From Candidatus Aminicenantes bacterium (GTDB lineage: Bacteria; Acidobacteriota; Aminicenantia; UBA2199), in the NCBI GenBank assembly GCA_030639305.1, contig DAOWCY010000006.1, forward strand, positions 16,563 through 80,562: a DNA stretch of 64,000 bases, in the 5' to 3' direction. The notes under the pieces are model-generated. The model had not been told where the DNA came from. It searched no databases and worked only from the letters and a program-made list of their open reading frames with translations. Shown here piece after piece: positions 26,816 to 36,600 of the stretch. The stretch's first letter is position 1. The number at the start of each line of letters is the position of its first letter. Made by a program: the position numbers and the translations under genes.

Positions 26816-28174
26816 ATGACTAAAACAAAAAAAATTGCCATTTGTGGAGCCGGCATCATGGGGCTTACGGCCGCCCATGAATTATTAAGGAAGGGCTTCG
26901 ACGTTACTATATTTGAGAAAGACGACCGGGTAGGTGGTATGTCTGCTTCTTTTGATTTCGACGGTTTAAAGATCGAGCGGTACTATCATTTTTTTTGTAA
27001 GCCGGACGCCCCGGTTTTTGAGATGTTGGCGGAGTTCGGTCTTTCCGGGCGATTAAAGTGGGTAGAAACCAAAATGGGTTTTTTTTACCGGGGCGAGCTT
27101 TTTAAATGGGGCAACCCTATTGCTCTTTTACTGTTCCCGCACTTAGGTTTTTTGTCGAAAATTCGTTTCGGCTTACAGGTATTTCTTTCTATCAGGCGGA
27201 AGAACTGGGATAAGTTAGACAGGGTAAGCGCCCTTCGTTGGATTAAAGATTTTACCGGTGAGAAAACCTACGAAGTATTGTGGGAAAGTTTGTTGGATTT
27301 GAAATTTCACCGGTATAAAGACCGATTGTCTGCTGCCTGGGTAGGGCGGCGGTTGAAGCGGGTCGGTTTATCGAGAAAAAATATTTTGACTGAAGAGTTG
27401 GCTTATTTGGAAGGAGGTGTGGAAGTGCTGCTCGATGCCCTAACAGCGCGGATAAAAGAACTGGGCGGCAGGATTTTTTTGAATGCCGAAGTCACCCGGA
27501 TCAGCCGCGGAAAAGAAACCCTCAGTCTAGCTGTAGATGACCGGGAGTTGTCTTTCGATAAGGTTCTTTCTACCATGCCGCTGCCTTATATTCCCCGAAT
27601 GGTTCCCGGGCTGCCCGGCGGGGTGCTGGAGAAGTATAAGCAGTTGGAGAATATCGGCGTCGTTTGTGTGATCTTGAAGTTGACCGGGTCTTTGACGGAG
27701 AATTTCTGGTTAAATATAAGTGACCCGGAGATCGCGCTGCCCGGCATCATCGAATTTTCCAATATTCGTCCTTTGCCTGACAAAGTGGTTTATTTTCCTT
27801 TTTATTTACCCCGCGACCACGGGAATTTTTCCAAATCCGACGATTATTTTCTCGCGGAAGTTAAAGCTTACTGTAAAAAGATCAACCCTAATTTTGAAGA
27901 GAATTGGGTTTTGGCTGCCGGGGTTCACCGTTATGAATATGCCCAGCCCGTGTGTCCGCCCGGATTTTTGGGAATGCTGCCGCCCATCGAAACCGGGTTA
28001 GAGGGTTTTTACGCGGTAGATACTTCTTATTATTATCCTGAAGACCGGTCTATTTCCGAGAGCATCCTGATGGGCAAAGGGGCGGCGAATCTTCTTTTAG
28101 GAGACAAAAAATTGCAGCAAGAGGGGCAAAAAAAATACGTTACACTAATGCGTTTAAAAACCGCGAAGCGCTGA
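26816..28174 (+). CDS. NAD(P)/FAD-dependent oxidoreductase (amine oxidase / phytoene-desaturase-like fold)
   Basis: N-terminal dinucleotide-binding IAICGAGIMGLTAAHELLRKGFDVTIFEKDDRVGG (GxGxxG...E...GG). Confidence 0.7.
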   Translation: MTKTKKIAICGAGIMGLTAAHELLRKGFDVTIFEKDDRVGGMSASFDFDGLKIERYYHFFCKPDAPVFEMLAEFGLSGRLKWVETKMGFFYRGELFKWGNPIALLLFPHLGFLSKIRFGLQVFLSIRRKNWDKLDRVSALRWIKDFTGEKTYEVLWESLLDLKFHRYKDRLSAAWVGRRLKRVGLSRKNILTEELAYLEGGVEVLLDALTARIKELGGRIFLNAEVTRISRGKETLSLAVDDRELSFDKVLSTMPLPYIPRMVPGLPGGVLEKYKQLENIGVVCVILKLTGSLTENFWLNISDPEIALPGIIEFSNIRPLPDKVVYFPFYLPRDHGNFSKSDDYFLAEVKAYCKKINPNFEENWVLAAGVHRYEYAQPVCPPGFLGMLPPIETGLEGFYAVDTSYYYPEDRSISESILMGKGAANLLLGDKKLQQEGQKKYVTLMRLKTAKR

Positions 28175-29321
28175 TCACCCGGATTTCATCACTCATGAAA
28201 TCGACATCCTCTTCCATCACGACCTGGAATAAAAACGGGATATCCATTCGATCCGAAAAATATTTCAAATGTTTGGAGACATTTTTCCCCGACCGTTTTA
28301 CTTCTACGGCAAACCAGGGTTTTTCGCCCACAGTGATAATAAAATCGATTTCCCTGCCTTCCCTGTCCCTGAGAAAATAAACTTTGGTGTTGTATCCTTC
28401 GGTATCGGTCAAAAAATGACAAAACTTCAACAGGTGAGAAGCCACGATATTTTCAAGTTTTGCTCCTATATTGTCTTCGATTTGGGACCAGTCCCAGAGG
28501 AATAGTTTCGGCATTTTTTTTAGTGATTTTACCGGGCTGCGGGAAAATGGGTAAACCCGGAAATGGTAATAGAAATTTTCGAGGATTTCCAACCAGCGCT
28601 GTATGGTTTTATGGGAGACAGACAAATCCTCCGTCAGAGAATTCACGGACAGTAGTGACGCCACCTTACCGGGCAGGTTGTCTGCCAGTACCTGGAGGCT
28701 CGACAATTCGCTAATAGTTTCTAAGTCGTTAATATCTTCCCGGGTAATACGTTCCAGGCGCATATGGTGCCATCTTCTCAGGGTCCGTTCGTTTTGTTTC
28801 AACAGCGGCTCAGGAAATCCGCCAAATTTTAGCAGGAGATTAAAAAATTCTATCCCGCTTTTAGCAGTAGGTGGAATCTCCAGTTCCTTCATGACCTGGA
28901 TTTTTTTTTTTGAATTCATAAGTTCAGCGAGCGAAAAAGGATGCAGCCTGTAATAATAATCTCTACCCATCAAAGAGTCTCCGCCTTTGCGGAAAACATT
29001 TAGCCGGGCGCTGCCGGTAACCAATAGCTTAAACCGGTCTTTTTTTTTATCGAAAATACCTTTGATGAAGTTTTTCCAGTGTTTGTATTTGTGAATTTCG
29101 TCGAGAATGATCAATTGGCTGTCCGGGCTGAAGCGAAGATCTAATATTTTTTTCCTGTCTTCGCCGAAGTCCCAGTTCAGATAGGTAATATTAGAGAATT
29201 TTTTCCCGACGATATCCCGGGCCAGGGTGGTTTTTCCCACTTGCCGGGGACCGCTCATCAGTACCATTTTTTCTTCCAGGTCTTCGAACACATAATTGAA
29301 AAGGTATCTATTTTCTATCAT
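28140..29321 (-). CDS. AAA-family ATPase with C-terminal DUF4143 (archaeal-ATPase-like, PF13173-type)
   Basis: Walker A MSGPRQVGKTTLARDI. Walker B LIILDEIH. C-terminal region with ...HLLKF...EGREIDFII, as in DUF4143. Confidence 0.7.
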   Translation of the reverse strand: MIENRYLFNYVFEDLEEKMVLMSGPRQVGKTTLARDIVGKKFSNITYLNWDFGEDRKKILDLRFSPDSQLIILDEIHKYKHWKNFIKGIFDKKKDRFKLLVTGSARLNVFRKGGDSLMGRDYYYRLHPFSLAELMNSKKKIQVMKELEIPPTAKSGIEFFNLLLKFGGFPEPLLKQNERTLRRWHHMRLERITREDINDLETISELSSLQVLADNLPGKVASLLSVNSLTEDLSVSHKTIQRWLEILENFYYHFRVYPFSRSPVKSLKKMPKLFLWDWSQIEDNIGAKLENIVASHLLKFCHFLTDTEGYNTKVYFLRDREGREIDFIITVGEKPWFAVEVKRSGKNVSKHLKYFSDRMDIPFLFQVVMEEDVDFMSDEIRVISASRFLNALV

Positions 29322-29499
29322 ATTTGCTCCTTAAAAAAAACACGAACAAATTATACCACACTCCAAAAAAATGGCAAACTTTTTGGAGTCCTCTCCAAAA
29401 AAGTCGTGTTTTGGGGGATTTTTTTTGAACTGTTGGCAGGGTGATTTTTTTCTCCTTTTGCCGGTCGCTGCAGCCCTTGAGAAAAATATTTGTTTATTG

Positions 29500-29528
29500 T
29501 TGATAAATTTGGCAAATGTGATTATAAT
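29500..29528 (+). promoter_or_regulatory. Sigma70-like promoter: TTGATA, 17 nt spacer, TATAAT, upstream of the STAND NTPase gene
   Basis: gTTGATAaatttggcaaatgtgatTATAATagattataacgaattgccgcagtaaaggccGGAGGTGatcttttATG. Confidence 0.5.
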
Positions 29529-29572
29529 AGATTATAACGAATTGCCGCAGTAAAGGCCGGAGGTGATCTTTT

Positions 29573-32338
29573 ATGAAGAAAAAAGTATTTGTAGGCCGCG
29601 AGAATGAGCTGGAACAATTTAGACAGGCCATGCGCAAGCTGCTGGAAGAGCAGCAGAAAGAAGAGAACTGGGGCAATACTTTCCTGGTTTGCGGAGTGGG
29701 CGGGATGGGCAAAACCACCCTGTGCGAAAAATTTAAAGAAATTACGGGAAACGAATTCCCCGGTGTGGGGATCATCAGTATAGATTGGGACTTGTGCAAA
29801 AGCCGGGGTTCTACTTTTACGCCCGAAGAGTTGTTGGACACGGTTGCGCGTGAGTTTAAAGGGTCTTTTCCTAAAGAGATGAAGCCCTACCTAAATGCCA
29901 AAAAAGACATCCGCAAAGTACAGGAACAGGTCGAAAAACTGCTGGAACAAAAGCGGCAGGCTTTAGGCCCGGTTTCCGAACTGGCCGGTGAAGCAGCGGC
30001 AGTTACAAGCGGCATTCCAATTTTAGGCACGGTGGTTAAGACAAGTTTGGGATTGATCGGAAAAGCCTTGAGCAAATCAAATGTGAAGTTTTTGAAAGAG
30101 AGAGCCGGGGTGAGCGAAGAGAAGCTGCTGCTCTACACCGACCCGCATATCGCCCTGGCTCGCCACCTGCGGGATTGTATCCACGCTGTTACGGGCAATA
30201 AAAAGAAAAACAAAATACTGCTGCTTTTCGATACTTGCGAATTAATCGTTTACGTGGAACAATGGTTTACCGACCATTTCCTGATACCGCTAATGAATGG
30301 GAACCGTGATGTCGCACTGGTTTTTTCAGGGCGCTATTATCCTTATGCCCAGCGCACGGTAGTGATAGACGGCAGGGCCATCGACATTCGCGGCATGGCC
30401 GACCGCATGTCTTTTCCGCCGCAGGTGATCGACATGAAGCTGTTCAGCCGCCCCGATATAGAAAAATACCTGCGGGAATCGGGCTGTGACGGCGGCGAAG
30501 ACAAGGTGGCCGACTTTGTGCAGTCATATTCCCGCGGAGTGCCTTTTGCGGTTGACCTGCTGACAAATGCTTTGCAGAGAATCGGCCCGGATTGCATCTT
30601 GCAAGATTTTGCCGGGGCGGATTTTGAAAAACAATTAAAAGAAGCCGAATCCAATGAAGAAGTGATTCGCTGCGTATCGCGGCGTTTCCTGAAATACTGC
30701 CTGGATGAAAGGGGGAACAGTTTAGACCGGCAGCGGATTTTTAGCATCGCGGTTTTGGGCGATACCGGCCCGGAGATTTTAAGAGAGGTCTGGCAGGTAG
30801 GGAATAGCGGTGCAGTCCTGGAAGAACTGCAAGCCAAATACGCGCTTTTTACCGGCAGAGGCAAGCTGCACGATGTGGTGAAAGATTTCCTGGTGGATCA
30901 TATATTGGAAGATGACAGCCTGCGTTTGGAGACTGCCGCGCCTTTTGCTCAAAAAGCGCTGCCCCTGTACGAGAAAAAGTATGCAGCGGAATGTGAAGAG
31001 GAACCGGTGTGGGCAGAGCGGTTCCGCGAAGATATCTGGAAAGAGGCGCTGCTGCATTTGATGAACGTTAAGACCTGGATCGACCCCAATGAAGCGGTTG
31101 ATTTTTTTATCCGGCGCGGCATCGAGTTGTTTCTTTTTAGTCCTGCCTTAGTGCGGCAGATGAAGGGGCTTTTGGACAGGTTTTTAAAATTGGAAAATGT
31201 GGTGCGGCGCAGGAAACGGCGCAAAATAAACGCCCTGATTGAGGCTTTGGATGCTTTTAGTTGGACTATATGGTCCGATAAAAAGCGAGAAGGATTAACC
31301 CAAGTGCTTTCTTTTTGCCGGGAGGCCTTAGATGACTGGGAGTTGGACCCGGTTCATCAGGCAGTTATCCAGCTTCTCAAAGGCCGCACTGAGTACCTGC
31401 AAAAGAATTACGACGCCGCTTTAAAAACCCTGTTAGAACAGGTAGACGATACCCGGTTCGACAAAAGTTTGAAAGACAGGTTAGCCGAAGCCTTAGATGA
31501 AGTGGGGACAAAATTCTGTTTAGATGAGAGCAATAGTTTTTTCTTTTCCGGGAAAGCGTTACAGGCTTTCGAGAAGGTGGTGCAATTGAACGACAAAAAA
31601 TCATCCTATTTGTACCACCTGGGTGCGATGATCTATTTAAGCGGCAATCCCCAAGAAGCCCTGTCTTATTACTTGAAAGCGATAGAATTAGACCCAAAGA
31701 ATAAATATATGATAAATGGTTTAGGCATTGTTTACCGGCAATTAGCCGATTACGACAAAGCCATCGAAATGTATGAAAAAGCGATAGCCCTGGATGCAAA
31801 ATATGCTTCGCCTTACAATGGCTTAGGTGCGGTTTATCAGACCTTTGGAGAATACGATAAAGCCATCGCGATGTATGAAAAAGCGATAGACCTGGATGAA
31901 AAATATATTCCCCCAATCAATGGCCTGGGATACCTGTATCTTTGCCGGGGGCATTACCGGGAGGCCATTCCCTACCTGCTAAAAAGTATAGAAATCGAAC
32001 CGCATATTGTTACCTACGTGAATTTAGGCATTGCCTATTATAGTCTGGATGAAGTAAAAAAGGGCAAAGATTGTTTTGAAAAAGGGCTGTCCTGTAAGCA
32101 TAAGGGCGAGAATCTTTACGATCGCTTGAACGAAGTAACCGCACTTTTAGGTTCAGAAAAAAAAGATGAAGCGTTAAGTCTGCTGGGAAAGATCGCCGAG
32201 AAACCTCTGCCGGGAGGTCTTTTGAAAGACTTTTTTACAGATTGGAATATCCTCGCCTCCGCGCCCCACCCGCCCCCGGGCAGCGCCGATTTTATTACAC
32301 AAGCGCGGCACATGTTGAAATATGAGGAAAAGGATTAA
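29573..32338 (+). CDS. STAND-class P-loop NTPase (NB-ARC-like) with C-terminal TPR repeat array
   Basis: Walker A LVCGVGGMGKTTLCEKF. Walker B KILLLFDTCE. C-terminal tandem TPRs (AIELDPKNKYMINGLGIVYRQLADYDKAIEMYEKAIALDAKYASPYNGLGAVYQTFGEYDKAIAMYEKAIDLDEKY...). No recognisable N-terminal effector domain. Confidence 0.7.
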   Translation: MKKKVFVGRENELEQFRQAMRKLLEEQQKEENWGNTFLVCGVGGMGKTTLCEKFKEITGNEFPGVGIISIDWDLCKSRGSTFTPEELLDTVAREFKGSFPKEMKPYLNAKKDIRKVQEQVEKLLEQKRQALGPVSELAGEAAAVTSGIPILGTVVKTSLGLIGKALSKSNVKFLKERAGVSEEKLLLYTDPHIALARHLRDCIHAVTGNKKKNKILLLFDTCELIVYVEQWFTDHFLIPLMNGNRDVALVFSGRYYPYAQRTVVIDGRAIDIRGMADRMSFPPQVIDMKLFSRPDIEKYLRESGCDGGEDKVADFVQSYSRGVPFAVDLLTNALQRIGPDCILQDFAGADFEKQLKEAESNEEVIRCVSRRFLKYCLDERGNSLDRQRIFSIAVLGDTGPEILREVWQVGNSGAVLEELQAKYALFTGRGKLHDVVKDFLVDHILEDDSLRLETAAPFAQKALPLYEKKYAAECEEEPVWAERFREDIWKEALLHLMNVKTWIDPNEAVDFFIRRGIELFLFSPALVRQMKGLLDRFLKLENVVRRRKRRKINALIEALDAFSWTIWSDKKREGLTQVLSFCREALDDWELDPVHQAVIQLLKGRTEYLQKNYDAALKTLLEQVDDTRFDKSLKDRLAEALDEVGTKFCLDESNSFFFSGKALQAFEKVVQLNDKKSSYLYHLGAMIYLSGNPQEALSYYLKAIELDPKNKYMINGLGIVYRQLADYDKAIEMYEKAIALDAKYASPYNGLGAVYQTFGEYDKAIAMYEKAIDLDEKYIPPINGLGYLYLCRGHYREAIPYLLKSIEIEPHIVTYVNLGIAYYSLDEVKKGKDCFEKGLSCKHKGENLYDRLNEVTALLGSEKKDEALSLLGKIAEKPLPGGLLKDFFTDWNILASAPHPPPGSADFITQARHMLKYEEKD

Positions 32339-32436
32339 TTTTTATTTTTTTGTTGAAATCGCAACCTTTTTCTAATAAAATATAGTTGAGAGCAAGACGA
32401 AACTTGTTCTCGAAAGATAGATTACGGAGTCAAACT

Positions 32437-32709
32437 ATGGCTACATTAAACGAAACACTAAGAACGCTGCCGGAAAACGCCAAGCAGGAGGTGATCGATT
32501 TCGCGGAATTTATAGCGCAAAAGTACCGGAAAAAACAAATAAAAACCGCTGCTTCCACCAAAAGGGTATTAAGATTTGCCGGGGTCTGGAAAGACATGAA
32601 AGAAAAGGATTATCAAGGCTTAATAGATGATGTCTACGCCAGACGGGAAAAAGCCTTCTCACAAAGACGTAACACATTTCTCAAGAATCAAAGAAATCGA
32701 AATTTTTAA
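32437..32709 (+). CDS. DUF2281-like small protein (putative antitoxin-type)
   Basis: MATLNETLRTLPENAKQEVIDFAEFIAQKY... resembles the DUF2281 LPeevkqEVlDFveFL motif. Start set at 32437 after a GGAG Shine-Dalgarno; the track start at 32386 is less likely. Confidence 0.4.
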   Translation: MATLNETLRTLPENAKQEVIDFAEFIAQKYRKKQIKTAASTKRVLRFAGVWKDMKEKDYQGLIDDVYARREKAFSQRRNTFLKNQRNRNF

Positions 32710-32740
32710 CTGGAGTCTTTAATATTTAAGGAGAAATTAA

Positions 32741-32947
32741 ATGACCGGTAGAATGCAAGGTCGAAAAATAACCGTGGAATTCGATGTAGGCGAATATAAT
32801 CCCGATATCATAGATTTTCTTACCCTATTGGACATCACGTCAAAAAGTAAAGCAGGCGACCGGGACATAAAAAATCTATCGGATGAGATCGGTAAAAACT
32901 GGTGGGCAGAGAATAAAGAAAAACTGTTAAATGAAAGCCATCATTGA
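32741..32947 (+). CDS. Hypothetical small protein (68 aa)
   Basis: ORF follows the DUF2281-like gene with a GGAG Shine-Dalgarno (aaGGAGaaattaaATG). No recognisable motif. Confidence 0.25.
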   Translation: MTGRMQGRKITVEFDVGEYNPDIIDFLTLLDITSKSKAGDRDIKNLSDEIGKNWWAENKEKLLNESHH

Positions 32948-33404
32948 AAATGAGGAAAAGGGGCCAGGCTAATTTTTTCCTGACTCCAATTTTTTTTCGC
33001 AGGACTGACGAACCCTGATCGTACAGGAAAAGGTTGCCTAATCGTAAAGTTTTGCCATTTCCCGGCAAAAAATTTTTTTTCAAGCCTGGAAACTGTTTGT
33101 TATAGAGCGCTTACAGGGCAAAACAATATAAACGATTATTGATTGACCGGCCAAAATTCCCCTCTTCGAGAGGGGTGGCGCTGAGGGGCTTTTTTGCTTT
33201 TTGCCCCGAAGCGACGGGGTGTGTTAGCTCGGTGAATAGCACGTTCGACAATCTTATAATTTTTTCCCAAAGACGTAAAACATGAAAAAGTATTAATGCT
33301 GTAACCGGAAAAGAAAAATCACAATTTTAAGCTCAATATCATCTAAAAATTGAGCGTTTTCTTCTAAATACTGCGTGATGGTTCCAAATATTGGAAGATA
33401 AAGC

Positions 33405-33680
33405 GCTCTTGCCTCCGGCGGCCCCTGCCGGGGAGGCCAAACTTTTAAAAAAGTTTGATCAAAACTTTTTATAATTTAAAATCAAAAGCGCTCACACGCT
33501 GCCTCTTGCGGCGAAGCCGCTTATACCCTGCCCACGTGGTGGGGTGCCTCCGGCGGCCCTGCCGGGGGCCAAACTTTTGAAAAAGTTTGATCAAAACTTT
33601 TGTTTATTTAGAAGCAAAAGCGCTCACACGCTGCGAAGCGGCTTATCGCCTCCCCGTGCGCACGGGGTTAAAATCCAAAG
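33405..33680. repeat. Two tandem copies of the modular repeat element (orientation 1)
   Basis: GCCTCCGGCGGCCC.TGCCGGGG.GGCCAAACTTTT.AAAAAGTTTGATCAAAACTTTT...AAAAGCGCTCACACGCTGC...GCGAAGC(C/G)GCTTAT appears twice in a row, ending in the CCCCGTGCGCACGGGG hairpin. Confidence 0.8.
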
Positions 33681-33689
33681 CGCCCCTTA

Positions 33690-36600
33690 CTACCTCTTAA
33701 ATTTCCAGCGGAAACGCGTCCGCAAACCGCTGTCCTCAAACTGCATCGAAACCCCAAGAAAAGTAAATCCGGCTAATAATCCAAATTCCCGGTCACCCTC
33801 CCTATACGCGGGCTGCCTCTGCTTGAAAACCGTGCCGTAAACAGAACTCCCGATATGGAAGTTTTCCCATACAAAATGACCTTCACCGGGATGCCTGGGC
33901 GTGAAACCGAATAACTGCGCGTGCTTCGCCGCCGCTCCCTCTATAGACGCGCTGCCACTAAGCACAATAGGAAATAAATGACCGGCGCCTTCAAAAGCTT
34001 CAAACAATTTACCGTCCTGGTGGGCTTCAAATAACCCGGGCAATTGCAGTTCACAAGCATCAGGATAAGCCCGCAGAGAAAATCCCTGTAAACTGCCCTG
34101 ATCCACGGCGGTAATCTTCTCCCGGTGCGACCAGGGTATATTCCGTATGAGCAAAAAGCGGTCCTGTAACTCGACGCCGAATCGAAGCTTGATAATCCCG
34201 GCTATGCCAAAAGAAAAAACCCACTGGTCGCGGTTTTCCACCTGGTGCACCCGCACCTGTAATTCGCGCCAGCGATCGCGCTGCCTGAGCGCAGGCACGG
34301 ACCTCTTCAAAAAACTGAGGGTGCGCCCCGGGTCCCGGGTCTCTATAATCAAGGTGCAGGGCCGGGTGAGCACCGAAAGCAAAACCGGCAGCGAAAGCAT
34401 CCCGCTGGCTGACGACCCGCCGAAATTAGCATCGAATATCCCCAACAAGTCGCCACTGCCTAAAGCGATGACCGGGTCGGCGTCATGTACGGTTAGATGC
34501 AGCCCGGGCCCGAAATCCTCGAATATGGCGGGGTGTATAGGCAAATATCGCGATAATAAACTGTAACCGTCTTTGACAATGCCCCGCCAGGCTTCCTCGC
34601 CAAGATTGAGCGAAAGCATAAGCACCGGGTCCCGGGACAAGCGCGGGATATTTAACGGTTCATTGTCCGTTTTGCTTTTTAATGCGCCTTTTAAAGAGTT
34701 ATAAATAGTGTTATCCACCAGCGGCAGGATAAAAATTTCCGCTTCCAAAAAACCGTCCTCAGCTTCATCTAAACGCAGCGCTATAGGATCGAAATACTCC
34801 CGCCAATAACTGGAATACTGATCTACATAACCTTTGTAAGCCTTTTTTTCCTTTTCCGAGACGCGCTGCACCGGAGCTTGCGAGATGGGCTTCATATGAG
34901 CCAGGGTGCCGTAGGTTTTGGAGTGCAAGATGTGATCCTTATCGAAATAATATTCCCCGCCCGGGCTGCCGTCCCGCGCAGATACCGCTGCTTCGCCCTT
35001 TACAGTTGGGGCTGGACGCGCCGCCGCCCTCCTGGAAATATAGCCGTAATCTATCAGGCTTTCGATGGAAAAGGGGGATCCTCTGCCGTCCAATTGGGCC
35101 AGCAGGGAGCGGGAAGTGAGGTATTCCATGTAGGCCCGGGCCCGGATGCGCCGCAGTTGGCCGATCTTAACCGCGGGCCCCACTAACCGGCGAATAAAAG
35201 GATCGGAAAAATAAACGTAACCCCAGGTGGATTTTTTAAGCGGCAGCTTGCTTAACATGTAACGAAATTCATCGCTAAGCCCTAAACTGCCTTTACCGCC
35301 GCTGTTCTTTAACTGTAAAATTTTCGCCACTTCATTTTTATTAGTGCCGATTAGCAGCAGGTCGTCCCAAAAAGACCAGTAGACGTTGGCACCGTTCTTT
35401 GATCGGAAAGCGGTTATGCGTTTTTCGGCCAGCTCTTTTTTACCCAGCAGTTGCAGCAGGGATTTTATCGCGCCGGGTTTGCTCAAACGCGCGGCCACAG
35501 TGACGTCGGTGCCGTCGATAAAAAAAAGATCGGGAAAAATCAGGGCGCACTCTTTAATGATCCCGGCTTCTAATAATGTGCGCAGCAGCTTGCGGTCGAA
35601 TCCTAAACGGGCGGGGTATTTCTTGTCTAATTCGTAATCCACGCCATTGCCGGTAAAGGCGGTGCCCATGCGGTGCAAAAAACCGCAGCCCTGGTCCAAA
35701 AAAGCAAGAATGTCGCGGGGATTGGCTATGTAAACGAAAAAACGGTTTTGGGGCGTCACATCGGCCAGGGGCAGCGTGCCGCTTTTGCCACTGCTTTTTT
35801 TTAACATTTCCCGGAAAGGGTGGGATTCGACTTGTACGCCTGCTATAGATTCCACGTCGATGACGTAGTCCGCGGGCCGCTCCCCCGCGGCGTTTGCCCC
35901 GCCTGCCAGCACCTGCATTTGCAGGGTTTCCCGCACCGCGGCCCGGCCTCCCAATATATCGAAAACCGAGAGACTTTTCCCCCGCCTGTCCCAGCGCTCC
36001 CACGAGAAAAAGAAATCATCGTCGTCTCCTTCTTTTAGGGCTGTCAACCAGGTGGTCAACAGCGGCGATTGAGAAAGCCCGGCATAGGGTAACCAGGTGG
36101 CGAAACGCTGCTTATCAATGTCGATATGTTCACCTTCTTTTGCCTGGACGGCTCTGCGCATATCCCATTTTATTTCCATGGTATCGCCGGAATAGGCATT
36201 CTCCACAGTGAGCAGCAGCGGTTTTCCCGGTTTTGCTTTACATACCGCGGTCAGGGTATAGGAGTGCTTATCCGGTTCTATTACCGGCATCTCTTTTTTT
36301 TTCGGGATAACCGGATGAATGGTCTGTTTATATTTTTTAAGCAGCTTTTTGTCTACCGGCAGGCGCTGGCAGGAGCCGCCGGTATCGAGCACCCAATGTT
36401 TGCCGTCATCCACGTAGGGCCGCAGTTCGAAGGCTAATGTCTCTTTATCTTTTGCCCGGACGAATCTGTCTTTTTCCTGGAAACGGAAATTTGCCCGGGG
36501 AACCAGGAAGATAAAAGGCCCTTTTATATCCTGCCCGGCAGGGGAATCATAAGGCGACCGGGCAAGATTTTTTTGCAGGTATTTATATCTTTTTTCTTCA

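Noticed and set aside
30343-31916. Minus-strand ORFs 30343..30864, 30779..31057, 30949..31224, 31377..31916
   Set aside because: Antisense to the well-supported STAND NTPase gene 29573..32338. No motifs and a Ser/Arg/Cys-rich composition typical of shadow ORFs.
33090-33300. Considered a tRNA or tmRNA in the ORF-free regions 18480-19300 and 32950-33400
   Set aside because: No cloverleaf-compatible stems with GTTC-type T-loop or CCA context could be identified by eye. tmRNA and RNase P 5' hallmarks (GGGGCTGATTCTGGATTCGAC, AAGTCCGG) are absent. Left as possible small-RNA or UTR structure only.
34147-36437. Plus-strand ORFs inside 33690..37022 (34147.., 34878.., 35386.., 35820.., 35894.., 36126..) and minus 35554..36003
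   Set aside because: Shadows of the 1110-aa gene. None has a ribosome-binding site, and they are Arg/Pro-rich, consistent with GC-rich antisense reading.
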